From Saccostrea cucullata (taxonomy: Eukaryota): 64,000 bases of DNA. Position numbers and translations under genes: made by a program. The stretch lies in assembly GCF_032062105.1 (NCBI RefSeq), contig NW_026926086.1:62001-126000 (forward strand). The letters are read 5' to 3'. Shown piece by piece: positions 39,407 to 50,915 of the stretch. A model generated the notes under the pieces. The model was not told where the DNA came from, did not search any database, and saw only the letters and a list, made by a program, of their open reading frames with translations. The stretch's first letter is position 1, and each line of letters starts with the position of its first letter.

Positions 39407-39539
39407 TGTCCAACGAAGAAATAATTGCTAAAAATGGAAAATAAAATCATCTCTGTGGTATGCTTGTATTGCACAGTTATTTATAATCATGTGGAGAGAG
39501 ACAAAAAGTAAAATGACAGCTAAACTGAGAAAATGGAGT

Positions 39540-39715
39540 ACACACTTATTTAATGACTACGAGGTAAACAGTCAAATTGTTGTCCCGAGATAGTGGGGAA
39601 GACCTGGGAAACTGTTGCCCGAGGCCAACGGCCGAGGGCAACAGTTTCCCAGGTCTTCCCCACTACCGAGGGACAATAGTTTGACTGTTTCACCGAGTAG
39701 CCATTGAATAAGTGT
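39540..39715. repeat. Long imperfect palindrome (possible Crypton-type non-autonomous element)
   Basis: Arms tagtggggaagacctgggaaactgttgccc / gggcaacagtttcccaggtcttccccacta; apex CGAG-GCCAACGGC-CGAG. Confidence 0.85.
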
Positions 39716-42700
39716 TTTATCACCTAACCTACTACATAATTAATTAAATTTTAATAAAAACACACAAACAATACATAAAGAGTTTTAACAACTGTTTATT
39801 CACATACTTGTTTATTAATTAGCTGAACACATGATATAAAGATAAAATAAATCATTAATAATTCAAAATAATACTTAATAAATTGATTGATTGATTGTTT
39901 GTGTGTTTTATTTCAATTTAATTAATTATATAGCAGGTAAAAAGTGATGTTGTTTGTCAAAACGCTTGAATATCACTATGACGTTTTAAACAGTCAACAG
40001 TTCATTCTGTGGCCAGGTCAGTACAATCAAATTTAATCTTAGGAAGTTTTTCTGTGAAAATAACCACCTCTGTAACAATTTGGTATTTAAATTAATCAGA
40101 ATTTGCTTTTAATTACAGGAATCAAAGAAAGATATTATTCTTCATATTGTGACACAATATGCTTACCTTAATGTCCTTATTTCATAAGCCATAAATGTAA
40201 TAATTCTGTGTGCAAATTGTTGCTGTAAAAACTGGACTAATGTCTGAAAGAAAATGCAAGGCTATAAGACAACACAAATACCAAATTATTTCATAATTCT
40301 CATTCTTATTTTTTTTTTCACCGTGTATTTTTATTTTGGAATGGTTTATACCCTAGTGTATAATGCCCCATTGATTTACACCCTAGTGACCCACCATATA
40401 CTTATCGAAACTTTTCATTGATCAAACTCTGTTGCAAGAAATGCATATGATGACGGTTTTATGCATTGCCAAAGATAAAAAATAATATCAACTACATAAA
40501 AGTTAATTGAAAATTAACGAGAGTCCTAATATTATCGTTATATACTATTGGAAACCCATGGCATAACTCAAGGATCATGCACACTGATGTATATCGTGAA
40601 TTCAATCAATTCATAATCTCTAGGATTCGGGTCCTCAATTTTTTAATATCTTGTATATCTATTGCTGTATTTACGTTAAATCAAAATTAAACAACACATA
40701 AAAACAGGTATTAGACCTCGTTGTTTCTTTGAAAAAAAATATAAAACTACAATGTTATGTTCAGCGTAGATCTACATAGCACTCTCCACATCCTACGGCT
40801 GTCAACGGTATTTACGGTTTTAAATCGCATTACAATAACTTTCAAACAACTTTAAGCATAATTAAAGGTTATTCTTATAATCAGTCTATAGATTTTATTT
40901 TATTTTTGAGGAATCTTTTACCTTTGAAGACGTGTTTAATCAGCCTGCATATCGTCGTCTGTTTACATCTTCTAAGCAACAACTAAACGTGTATTCCGAT
41001 CCCGATGCCAAAATTAGCTCTCGAAAACGAACATTTTTCGAAATTTGACCATGAGCGCAGTTGAGAACATGCATGAAATTTACATGTAATTTAAAGAATT
41101 TATATTTTCATATTTATACTTAATATCGTTTATGTTCTCACTTGCGCTCACATATAAATGCTTAATAGTAGGTAAGGAATGAGTGCTATTATAATGAATA
41201 AGCCCAAGTATATGGTTTTCAAAGACCTTAAAAAATTATACTAAAACAAAAAATCGAAATTATCTCTATATATTCATTTAATATAAAGAGTGTTTAATTC
41301 ATTCAATTCAAATTATCATCTTCTTAGGTATTTTGTAAATTCACAAATCTTAGGGGCCCAGAAGCCCTCTTAACAAATATAGCTCTTTATTTATATACCA
41401 TTTTTTTAATCTTATCCCCATAAATGCACAGAAATAAATATCACATTCATTCAAAATTTACGGTCCGCCTACATGTAAAATTTACGTAAACAATTCTTTT
41501 TAATCTAAAATAATTGATAAGTTATAAATGGGTAAATAATTCTTTTTAATATAAAATAATTTATGCCTTCCATATGATAATAGTGCAAATTTAAAACCAA
41601 GTTTCCCGCAGCTCTGTTATTTTTCAGATTGAATGAAAACCAAGAATGAGTATTGTTGTAAATATGTCATTTATTAATGACACAAATGAAACACATGAAA
41701 TTTGGGAGATCCTATGACTTTCTACAATTTGTATCTACACCTTGTTATGGATCTCCCAAAACTTAAAATAACATCATGACAATACTCAAAAAACACAAAT
41801 ATATCAAACATTTCAGCTGAAAAATAAGGTGGCAACAAACAATAGGCCACGAGACAAAAGAAATTATCAAAATACATCCCAAAGTAAAGTTTAACCTAAG
41901 GGACGGTTGTACGGGGAGGTGGAGGGTATGTTTTTCTACAAACAACGGTGTGTCCAAACACTTGCAGCATCCACCAGCGATAACAATCACGTGATATCTC
42001 CGACGTTAGCTCACGACTAATCAACGCAAAGCCCCAAAACCTGAGACTATGCATTACATAACGTCCTAGCTCTGAAACCTGATATATAGTTACATGAAAT
42101 ATACTATAATCACTACATTCTAACCACAGAAAATGGTAAATTACATATGTATGCATAAAACATATTATTGTCAATAATATTACATTATGCCTTCCATATG
42201 ATAATAGTGCAAATTTAAAACCAAGTTTCCCGCAGCTCTGTTATTTTTCAGATTGAATGAAAACCAAGAATGAGTATTGTTGTAAATATGTCATTTATTA
42301 ATGACACAAATGAAACACATGAAATTTGGGAGATCCTATGACTTTCTACAATTTGTATCTACACCTTGTTATGGATCTCCCAAAACTTAAAATAACATCA
42401 TGACAATACTCAAAAAACACAAATATATCAAACATTTCAGCTGAAAAATAAGGTGGCAACAAACAATAAGCCACCAAAAATCCAACTACATTGGATTTTC
42501 CGCCACCCAAGGGAAACAACCCACGTACATGGACAACATAGGAGAAAAACCTTAATAATCTTAATATATATGTTTAAGAAAAGATTCTCGCTCTGAATAA
42601 TAAATGATGGCCAGCAAACCCCTGTAACTTACCACATTTTAATTGCATTTATATAAATCATGATAAATGATAAACAATATTTCTAGTACAAAGGTTTAAA

Positions 42701-42944
42701 ATATTTGTACTTATGTAATAAAACAACATATCGGCAATGGTTATTTACAATTAATTAATTACATTGCAAACGGTAAATTAGTCTATACAAATGATTTGCA
42801 GTAAACATTCCAAATGCCGAGTCCTTTATTTCATGCTCCAATTTGTTATTTACTCTCTAATCATCCATTGCAGATGACTGAAGGTAACTCTATGGTAATA
42901 AATTGTAGGGGGAAGGGGATGACAGACCTCATCTGAACCATCTT

Positions 42945-43445
42945 AATCTGACCTAAGGACAACCTTCATGAACATGTCAGACATAATCTGACCCATTTAC
43001 AGCTTATCTAGGGACAACTTACATGAACATGTCAGACATAATCTGACCCATTTACAGCTTATCTAGGGACAACCTACATGAACATGTCAGACATAATCTG
43101 ACCCATTGAAAGCTTATCTGGGGGCAACCTACATGAACATGTCAGACATAATCTGACCCATTTACAGCTTATCTGGGGAAACCTACAAGACCACAACCAA
43201 CATAATCTGACCCATTGAAAGCTTATCTGGGGACAACCTACATGAACACAACCAACATAATCTGACCCATTGAAAGCTTAACTGGGGACAACCTACATGA
43301 ACACAACCAACATAATCTGACCCATTGAAAGCTTATCTTAGGACAACGGGTATACCTACATGAACCTGACAGGCATAATCTGACCCATTTATAGTTAACT
43401 AAGGGACAGCCTACATGAAGATGACAAGATTAATTTGACCAATAC
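42945..43445. repeat. 55-bp minisatellite, ~9 copies, inside the YR region
   Basis: catgaac at 42967, 43022, 43077...; core cataatctgacccatt. Confidence 0.95.
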
Positions 43446-45439
43446 AAAATTGATTGCAGGACGACCTTTATAAGCAGATGTTTTGTGCTGTACTGTTATC
43501 ATTAGGAGAGGGTGGTAGACTATACCTTATCAATTCAATGAATTGTGGAGAAAAAAAAAACACAAAAAAACCCAAACTACTGGAGAGAAAGAGTAAAGGA
43601 TCCTGTACTTATATATCTCTTGAGTGCATCAGATTTCCATCTACACATACGTTGAATTGCATTTTTCGAAGAACCCAACCTAGCTGCATGAGTAGCTGCC
43701 CAATACAAAAAGCATAACCTTTGTAAATTTTTTATTCAAACCCATGAATGTAATACTTGCAGCTAAATGTTTTGAAAACAATGACTGTGAAACTGGAGTG
43801 CCATCAATTAATTGAAAAAGGGGTCCCCATTGAATGTTTAAATTAGCACATATACTCAAAAAGGGCAAACACAGGACAGAGATCTTTTTCAGACTGGGCC
43901 TCTAGATAGATGGTAACTGACTGACCAGATTGCTAGTTTTTGTGTGTGACATAAAATTAAACTTACAATTTTCAATTTTCCTTTCCCAGTTTCAAAATGT
44001 ATGTTTGACCTTAAAAACACTTGATTCATAGATTGCAGTGTCCTGACAAATAATTCTCCCAATCTAATGCTCTTAAAAGAATTTGGTTATTCCAAGTAGA
44101 CCTTGTAAGACGTATAGCTTCTATAACTTTTGTAGGAATTTCCCTCCGAATTTCCCTCGTTATTTGGAGTCTTGAGGCTGTTCTTTGGCATGATTTTTGA
44201 CACCCTTTTTAACAATTTCTGAACCAAAAAAAAATTTCTTAGATGGGTCTGGCAAATTCAAAATTTTTTGAAAAATTAAATGGCCGAAACATGTGATGCC
44301 AATGTGCTTGGTGAATAATGTTCGAGTCTGTCAGCGAGTACATTAGATTTTATTAAAGCATGGTTAGCTCTAAAGTGAATATTGCACTGTATGGCCACTA
44401 GTACAAGCCGACATAATAATTTCATGAGGTTATGTTCACCAGATGACTGTTTATTTATGACCTCTACTACTGCCTTATTGTCAAATAAGAAAAGTCTTTT
44501 TTTTTGTTTTTTTGTTTTGAAGCTTGTGCCCACATAATTCTAAATGCAATAGGAATTGGAAAAAGTTCTTTGATGCATATTTGACATTGTGTAAGGGCAT
44601 CAGGCCATCTATCCGCAAACCATTTTGAACCCAAAACTACAGCAAAACTGTGTGACCCTGCGGCATCAGTTTGCAAATTTAGATATTCTGAGGACATCAA
44701 TTCTTTATTCAGGAAGACAGATTTTCCATGAAAATGATTTATGGTATATGACCAGGAAATATGACCAGGTAGCTAAGTCAGCTCTCGCTTCCCCTCTATC
44801 TTAGCATATCGTTTAAAATCATGTAAACAACAAGTAAGATTAATTAAACGCCTTAAAAAGGCTCTACCAGGTACTACTAGCTACCCCACATGCGAAGTAA
44901 AGAAGACTTATGTGCTGACTGTAATTCTTTCAATGAGACCTTTTTGCACTTTTAAAAATTTTTTCATATGGATGTCTGTATTCCATTATCCCAGTATCTA
45001 CTTCTATCCAATAGATAATTATTTTAGGTGTAGGTGTCTGTGTTTATTGCATCCTAAAAGGAGCCCCAATTTGCCTACATGAGAATAAAATACTGGCTAG
45101 AACATACCTACATTTTGATGAATTTGGTGAACCCACAAAAAAAAAAAAAATCGTCGAGGATATGAGAGACCCCTGCTGCCTTAAAAATATTTCCATTGTC
45201 CATGCCTCACTAAATTTTTAGTTTTTTGAAAAGTGAAAAAGTTTTACATTGTACTTATGTGTGTCTTCGTGCAAAATTAATATTTTCAACTTTTATTTCC
45301 TTTTCTGTAAATCGTTCATCTCACCAGGCGCCTCATTTTCATTTAGAGCGCATGTAAGATTTCATTCAGAATGTTTATTTTGTAAATTGGGCAATTATTT
45401 AACACCCCTTCTAAGAATTTCTCATTCATATTGAAACAC

Positions 45440-45636
45440 TGTCAGGATCACTGAAGAACAATGAGAGGTTTTTTTGTGCCATTACTTACTGTGACATAGG
45501 ACCTCGGTTTTTAATCTCATCCGAAGGACCGGACTCTACATCCCGCAGTGGGATTCGAACCCGTCGACGTAAGGATCATTTACTTACTCCTGTGACTCTA
45601 GAGCAGACGCTCTAACCACTGCGCCATGCGGGCGAC
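45440..45636 (-). mobile_element. tRNA-derived SINE inserted in the RT region of the Ngaro-type element
   Basis: Minus-strand A box TGGCGCAGTGG (45617-45627), B box GGTTCGAATCC (45551-45561). Confidence 0.8.
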
Positions 45637-47234
45637 AATTCAAAACGTAAAAACCTTTAAAGATTTAATCTTTTATTTTCTAATGAATGCGCAGCACCCT
45701 TGCCTCACTAAAAATTTTAGTTACGGCCTTGAATTGAAAGAGTTAACCAAACCCGATTATAAAAAACGTATCGAACCGAAAATCTTGACATTGAACCGAG
45801 CACTTATATCAAACAATATCGATATTTCGGTGAATCGTTAACCGAAGTAAAGAAGAAACTGTAATTCTTTCGACCTTTTTATCAAAAAAAACGTATCCAA
45901 GTATCTACTTCTATCCGATAATTATTTTAATCGATTGCATAACTTAATGTTTCAAAATTTGACAACTGCTACTTGCTCACATTGGTTACCATATATCATA
46001 ATATTAAAAATGAATTTTCCCAATGAAAACCTAATAGATGGTGATCTAGAGGGTGAATTGGAACTATTCTATAGGCCTCTTTGATGTCAGACTTTGCTCT
46101 TAAAATATATTGACCAAATTTTTTAACCAAACTTCCAACATTAACAATCCAATCACAGTGTACAGCAGAGCTCTTTTGGATGTTGGCATTCACAGACTGG
46201 TCTTTTGGAAAAAAGAGGTCATGAATTATTCCGAAATTATTTGAATTACCTTTTGACACTAAGTTTAGGGCCGCAGTAGGGGTGATACAACAAAGTGATC
46301 TAATGGGGGTGCAGGTAATGGTCCATCAATTCCCTTTTGCAGACCTGTTTCTATGTGATCATTGATAATATTTTGGTGCTCCCTTGCTGATTTATGATTA
46401 CTCAACATATTGGATATGATGGGGTCTGCAACACAACCCAGGCGAAAATCCTATTTAAAACTCTGCACTAATTAAGTTGAAAGAGATCTATCATAATGAA
46501 CTAGAAATTCACTTAATTTATTTGGGTTGACTGGTGTTGGAAGTCGAAGACCCCCCAAGATACTGGATCCTCTTGCTGCTGCAGCAGCACACGCAAATCT
46601 AAATACTGATTTTCCCAGATTTTTTGTTTTATGCGTTGTGCTACTGTTGCACCGAGCGGAATCCCATCAATGTCGATATGCTATTATTGGGGTTGCTGGT
46701 TCACCTGAACTTAATAACTGATTGAGTATTTCTGATATGTTGCTTGTAGCATCTTAAGAGGGTTCCGCGACTACCTTGTTACTTTAGAATTTTGTCTGCT
46801 TGTTTTCATTATCAATCTACACGGATGGATGCTCCACCAGTTTTGACACTTCACTCTGATTTTTTAGACTCTTTCCTCTTCTCCAGGTTTCGTCTGTGGC
46901 TGGCCGTCTCTTGGGCATGATTGAAGCTGAAAGAATTCTATCTAGAATATAATTTATGACTATATATTTTAAGCGAACAACTTCATGTATTTTCTGCTGT
47001 TATGATGAAAGGTATCACCAACATTTTATGTAATGACCTTTCATAGTTGCATACTTTGATAATAAAATGATGAAGATTTCAACAACAGTGGCTTCATAAC
47101 TGTAATATTTTACTGATAAATCAAGTCTTTATAAAAGAAAAAAAAACATGCCTTGCTTTTGATCTTGTATTGAATAGATAACAGTTTAGTTATACCTTGA
47201 GACAGCCACATGACTTACCCAGTACTCACTGAGA

Positions 47235-47880
47235 ACCAACTTTGATACAGCAACATGGAAAACTTTGACATCATGTATACTGCTAGTTCACATAGCGAAC
47301 CAATAACTTTGAGACAGTAACATGGAAAACTTTGACATCATGTATACTGCTAGTTCACATAGCGAACTAATAACTTTGATACAGCAACATGGAAAACTTT
47401 GACATCATGTATGCTGCTAGTTTACATTGCGAACCAATAACTTTGAAACAGTAACATGGAAAACTTTGACATCATGTATACTGCTAGTTCACATTGCAAA
47501 CCAATAACTTTGAGACAGTAACATGGAAAACTTTGACATCATGTATACTGTTAGTTCAAATTGCGAACTAATAACTTTGAGACAGTAACATGGAAAACTT
47601 TGACATCATGTATGCTGCTAGTTCACATTGCGAACTAATAACTTTGAGACAGTAACATGGAAAACTTTGACATCATGTATACTGCTAGTTCACATTGCAA
47701 ACCAATAACTTTGAGACAGTAACATGGAAAACTTTGACATCATGTATACTGCTAGTTCACATTGCAAACCAATAACTTTAATACAGCATTTAACATGGAA
47801 AATTTTGACATATGTATACTGTAAGTTTACCCTGCGAACAATAACTTTGAGACATTAGCATGGAAAATTTTGACATTATG
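47235..47880. repeat. 67-bp minisatellite, ~9.5 copies
   Basis: ctttga.acag.aacatggaaaactttgacatcatgtat at 47240, 47307, ... Confidence 0.95.
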
Positions 47881-49418
47881 TTCTGCAGGTTTTCATGAAG
47901 TTATATATATCTTAAAGAAAGACTTGAATGTTTAGAACAGACATCTTTCTAAATATCTTACTAGATATTTGGCTCTTGTCCTATACATATGCATCTATTC
48001 ATTTCCATGATTTATGCTCATATATCATGTATATCATTATATCAAACTTCAAATTAATTTATACTGGCCTTAGCCTCCTGCAAGTGTTGGCCACCGCATC
48101 TTTGATTGACCATTGACCATAGGTACTGGATGGGTACTGCATGATTTTGAACGTAGGTGAACTCCCTCAGGTACTGTAGGTAAGTCCCAAAACCCCGGTG
48201 TTTCCAAAATGACACATACAGTGTATGGTAAGGATTCAGACACAGAGTTTCTAAGCTGATTAATCTCAATAACAACATTGTTGCATCCCGGTGGTAAGTT
48301 GTGAGGGTCCCTCGGAGAAGTTGTATAAAATTACATGTTTCACACTCGTACCATGAATCAGGAAGTTCGTAAAAGAAATATACCTTACAATCTTTGTGGG
48401 GGGTCGAAAGAAAGTTCGTTACCTCCGAGTTGAAAAAGGCTAATGTCAGGGGCTGTGGAGAAAGTACATAGTGTTCACGATGTCGCCAAACCCTTAACGT
48501 TTAACCCACCTTGGCCACGGATCAACAGTGAGAATCTATTTATAATTTAGGTCAAAACAAAGATTTTTTTCTTTTTTTTTTTTTACATCTTTTTCATATA
48601 CTTGTCCATCCTTCTAATGTACGAATGGCCGATTAGCACAATCCTCGTCATGACCGCCATTTTGAAACACCCCGCATGTACCCAGGCTCCGATGGAGTCG
48701 AAAAACAGTCACAAACTGAAAGCGAATCCGAAATATCACCACTTACATACTGTGTATAAAGTCGTATGCACTGCTAATCCACTGATTATTAAGCATTGAT
48801 CAAGATGAATAATCCGAAATCGTTATGTTTTTCTACAAAAAATGGTGTGTCCAAACACTTGCAGCATCCACCAGCGATAACAATCACGTGATATCTCCGA
48901 CGTTAGCTCACGACTAATCAACGCAAAGCCCCAAAACCTGAGACTATGCATTACATAACGTCCTAGCTCTGAAACCTGATATATAGTTACATGAAATATA
49001 CTATAATCACTACATTCTAACCACAGAAAATGGTAAATTACATATGTATGCATAAAACATATTATTGTCAATAATATTACATGATAAGTCATAAATAGAT
49101 TTATGTACTTCCAAAAATATCAGATTCTATTTTTAAAGTATTTTTTTTTTCAGTCAATGAAATAATAAAAAAATAATTATTTGAACCTTATGATAGGTAT
49201 TAAGCCTTTTTTCGTTTTGAAAATAATTATTCTTAAATATTTTGAGCCAATTTGCCAGTAGAATCGTGCGTTAGCGTTAAGAAACCGTGTAACGTGTAGA
49301 ATCGTGTGCGTGAAGGACCGTTCGTGTAACAGGTTTTATCGTGCGTTAATCGTGCGGAATCGTTCGTGTAACGTGATCGTGCGTGTAAGTTGTCAACAAT
49401 AATGTTGCAGCCACTGTA

Positions 49419-49622
49419 CCGTAGATCACTAAATTTTCGCGACACCTTATTTTCGCGAGATAGTCACTGACTCTTGATTAGCGAAACAGAATTTTCACGA
49501 ACTGTGGTTATTGCTCTATATAATCTTAATACTATTATATGCGAGAATTTAATTTTCGCGAGCACACTGTCTGGCGTAATTACGCAAAAATAAAGTTCTC
49601 GCGAATAAAAAGTGATTTACAG
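49419..49622. mobile_element. Tc1/mariner-type MITE, copy of 32893-33100
   Basis: TA-flanked; shares the TA at the right end of the 34232-49416 element. Confidence 0.9.
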
Positions 49623-49779
49623 TATATCAAAAATGTGTAATCAATTACCAAAAACTACTTTACCAAAATCAATAGTTTAAAAACTTACGAACTTTCAACT
49701 CTATACACAACCATTGCCCACGATAAATTAAAATCCATTCATACTTTTTGATATCATTGGTCATTGACCAAGTAAGTAA

Positions 49780-50570
49780 ATTTACGAGTTCCATTTTTAT
49801 TGAAAAAGCAGCAGTCAATGATATCAAAATTTTATGCGTGAAAAGAAGAAAACATTTGCTCCGGCTTTTAATTCGACCTTCATATATATCGATGACTAAT
49901 TGTCAATTAACAATGGTAATTTTCATCCCTACGTCGATACGATATATCAAGAGAACTTGAGATAAAAGATACCACAGAGTCTTGCACATCTGTTTCATAC
50001 TTGGATATTTTATTTGAAAAAGACATTAATTGTAACCTAACGAATAAGTCATATTATAAAACGTGACGACTTTAACTTATCTATCGTCAACTCACCTTAC
50101 TTATGCGGCAATGCACATTCATCACCTGCAAACGGAGTGTATATATCTTACTTGATTCGATACGCAAGAGCATGCTCTTCGTATGAACAATTTTTGAAAC
50201 GAGGTAAATCATTGACAATCAGGTTGATGAAACAAGAATATCAGCAGTCTCGTTTAAAGTAATCATTTCGTAAGTTCTATGATCGATAAAATGACCTTGT
50301 AAGCAAATATAATCTATCATTGAGTCATATGCTGACTGATGTTTTATATACCAATTGTTAGTCCATTATTTATACATTGAATTGAAAACGGATTTTTCAG
50401 TTGTTTCACGATCATGACAATGAGCACATGGCGGGTTTGACCGGTCAGCAGGGGGTGCTCCCACCTCTATTGTTTCGGAGGTCCGTGTTTGCTCTGCTCC
50501 TATTTGTATTGTTATATCGACTTTGATATTGAATACTGTTCGTTATCTATATATCCTTCTTTCATTCAAT
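49780..50570 (+). mobile_element. Penelope-like element 3' part (RT palm/thumb + 3' UTR), Naiad-like layout, degenerate
   Basis: FNSTFIYIDD*LSINNGNF...IKDTTESCTSVSYLDIL...GVYISYLIRYARACSSYEQFLKRG...LVSKYNLSLSHML; no GIY-YIG after the RT. Confidence 0.85.
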
Positions 50571-50915
50571 ATGTCGTTTCGATAATGGCCAACTTGAAAT
50601 TAAAGACTCCAATGAGTCTGACACATCTATTTAACATTTTGATGCTTGACTCACTAACATCAATGATTTCGACTAACAAATAGATTGCATGAAAATCAAG
50701 ACGCCTATTTCGTGTATGGTGTGAACAATCTTTCGACTTAATCAATACAAAAGAACATGTTTCGATTCTGGTTATTTAAAACCAGACAGGATACTGAGAA
50801 AAAGTTGATTCAATTTTATCTTTTTTTTTAGGAGGGGGGGGATTTTTATAGGACATAAATAGCTTTTCTTTTTAAATCTGCATGTTACGGAAGCCCAATA
50901 GTGCAAACCAAAAAT

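Larger units (their letters stand above)
35966..41385 (-). mobile_element. DNA transposon of the PIF/Harbinger-ISL2EU-Spy group, potentially autonomous
   Basis: 17-bp perfect TIR GAGCTATATTTGTTAAG extending imperfectly to ~35 bp; flanks AAA / TTT; encloses an intact transposase ORF. Confidence 0.8.
41562..49082 (-). mobile_element. Ngaro/PAT-type tyrosine-recombinase retrotransposon with split direct repeats; ORFs decayed
   Basis: Repeat A 259 bp (48824-49082 = 41927-42185), repeat B 289 bp (42186-42474 = 41562-41850), order A1-ORFs-B1-A2-B2 on the minus strand; RT remnants IIHDLFFPK..AKSDIKEAYRIVPIHP and HILDDF; RNase H TDAAG..ELFPI..DNKAVV..NVLADRL; YR remnant GPLFQ...GAATHAA. Confidence 0.9.
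34232..49416. mobile_element. TA-targeting (Tc1/mariner-type) non-autonomous element, ~1.2 kb core expanded to 15.2 kb by nested insertions
   Basis: TA|CAGTGGCTGCAACGTTATTGTT ... AACAATAATGTTGCAGCCACTG|TA; aatcgtgcgt subrepeats at both ends; empty paralogous site at ~29415-29455. Confidence 0.85.

Noticed and set aside
42945-47880. CRISPR-like arrays (55-bp and 67-bp repeats)
   Set aside because: Contiguous tandem units without unique spacers; eukaryotic context; no cas genes
41763-49092. Duplicated short ORFs at 41896-42174 and 48823-49092
   Set aside because: They coincide with repeat A of the Ngaro-type element; no protein motif
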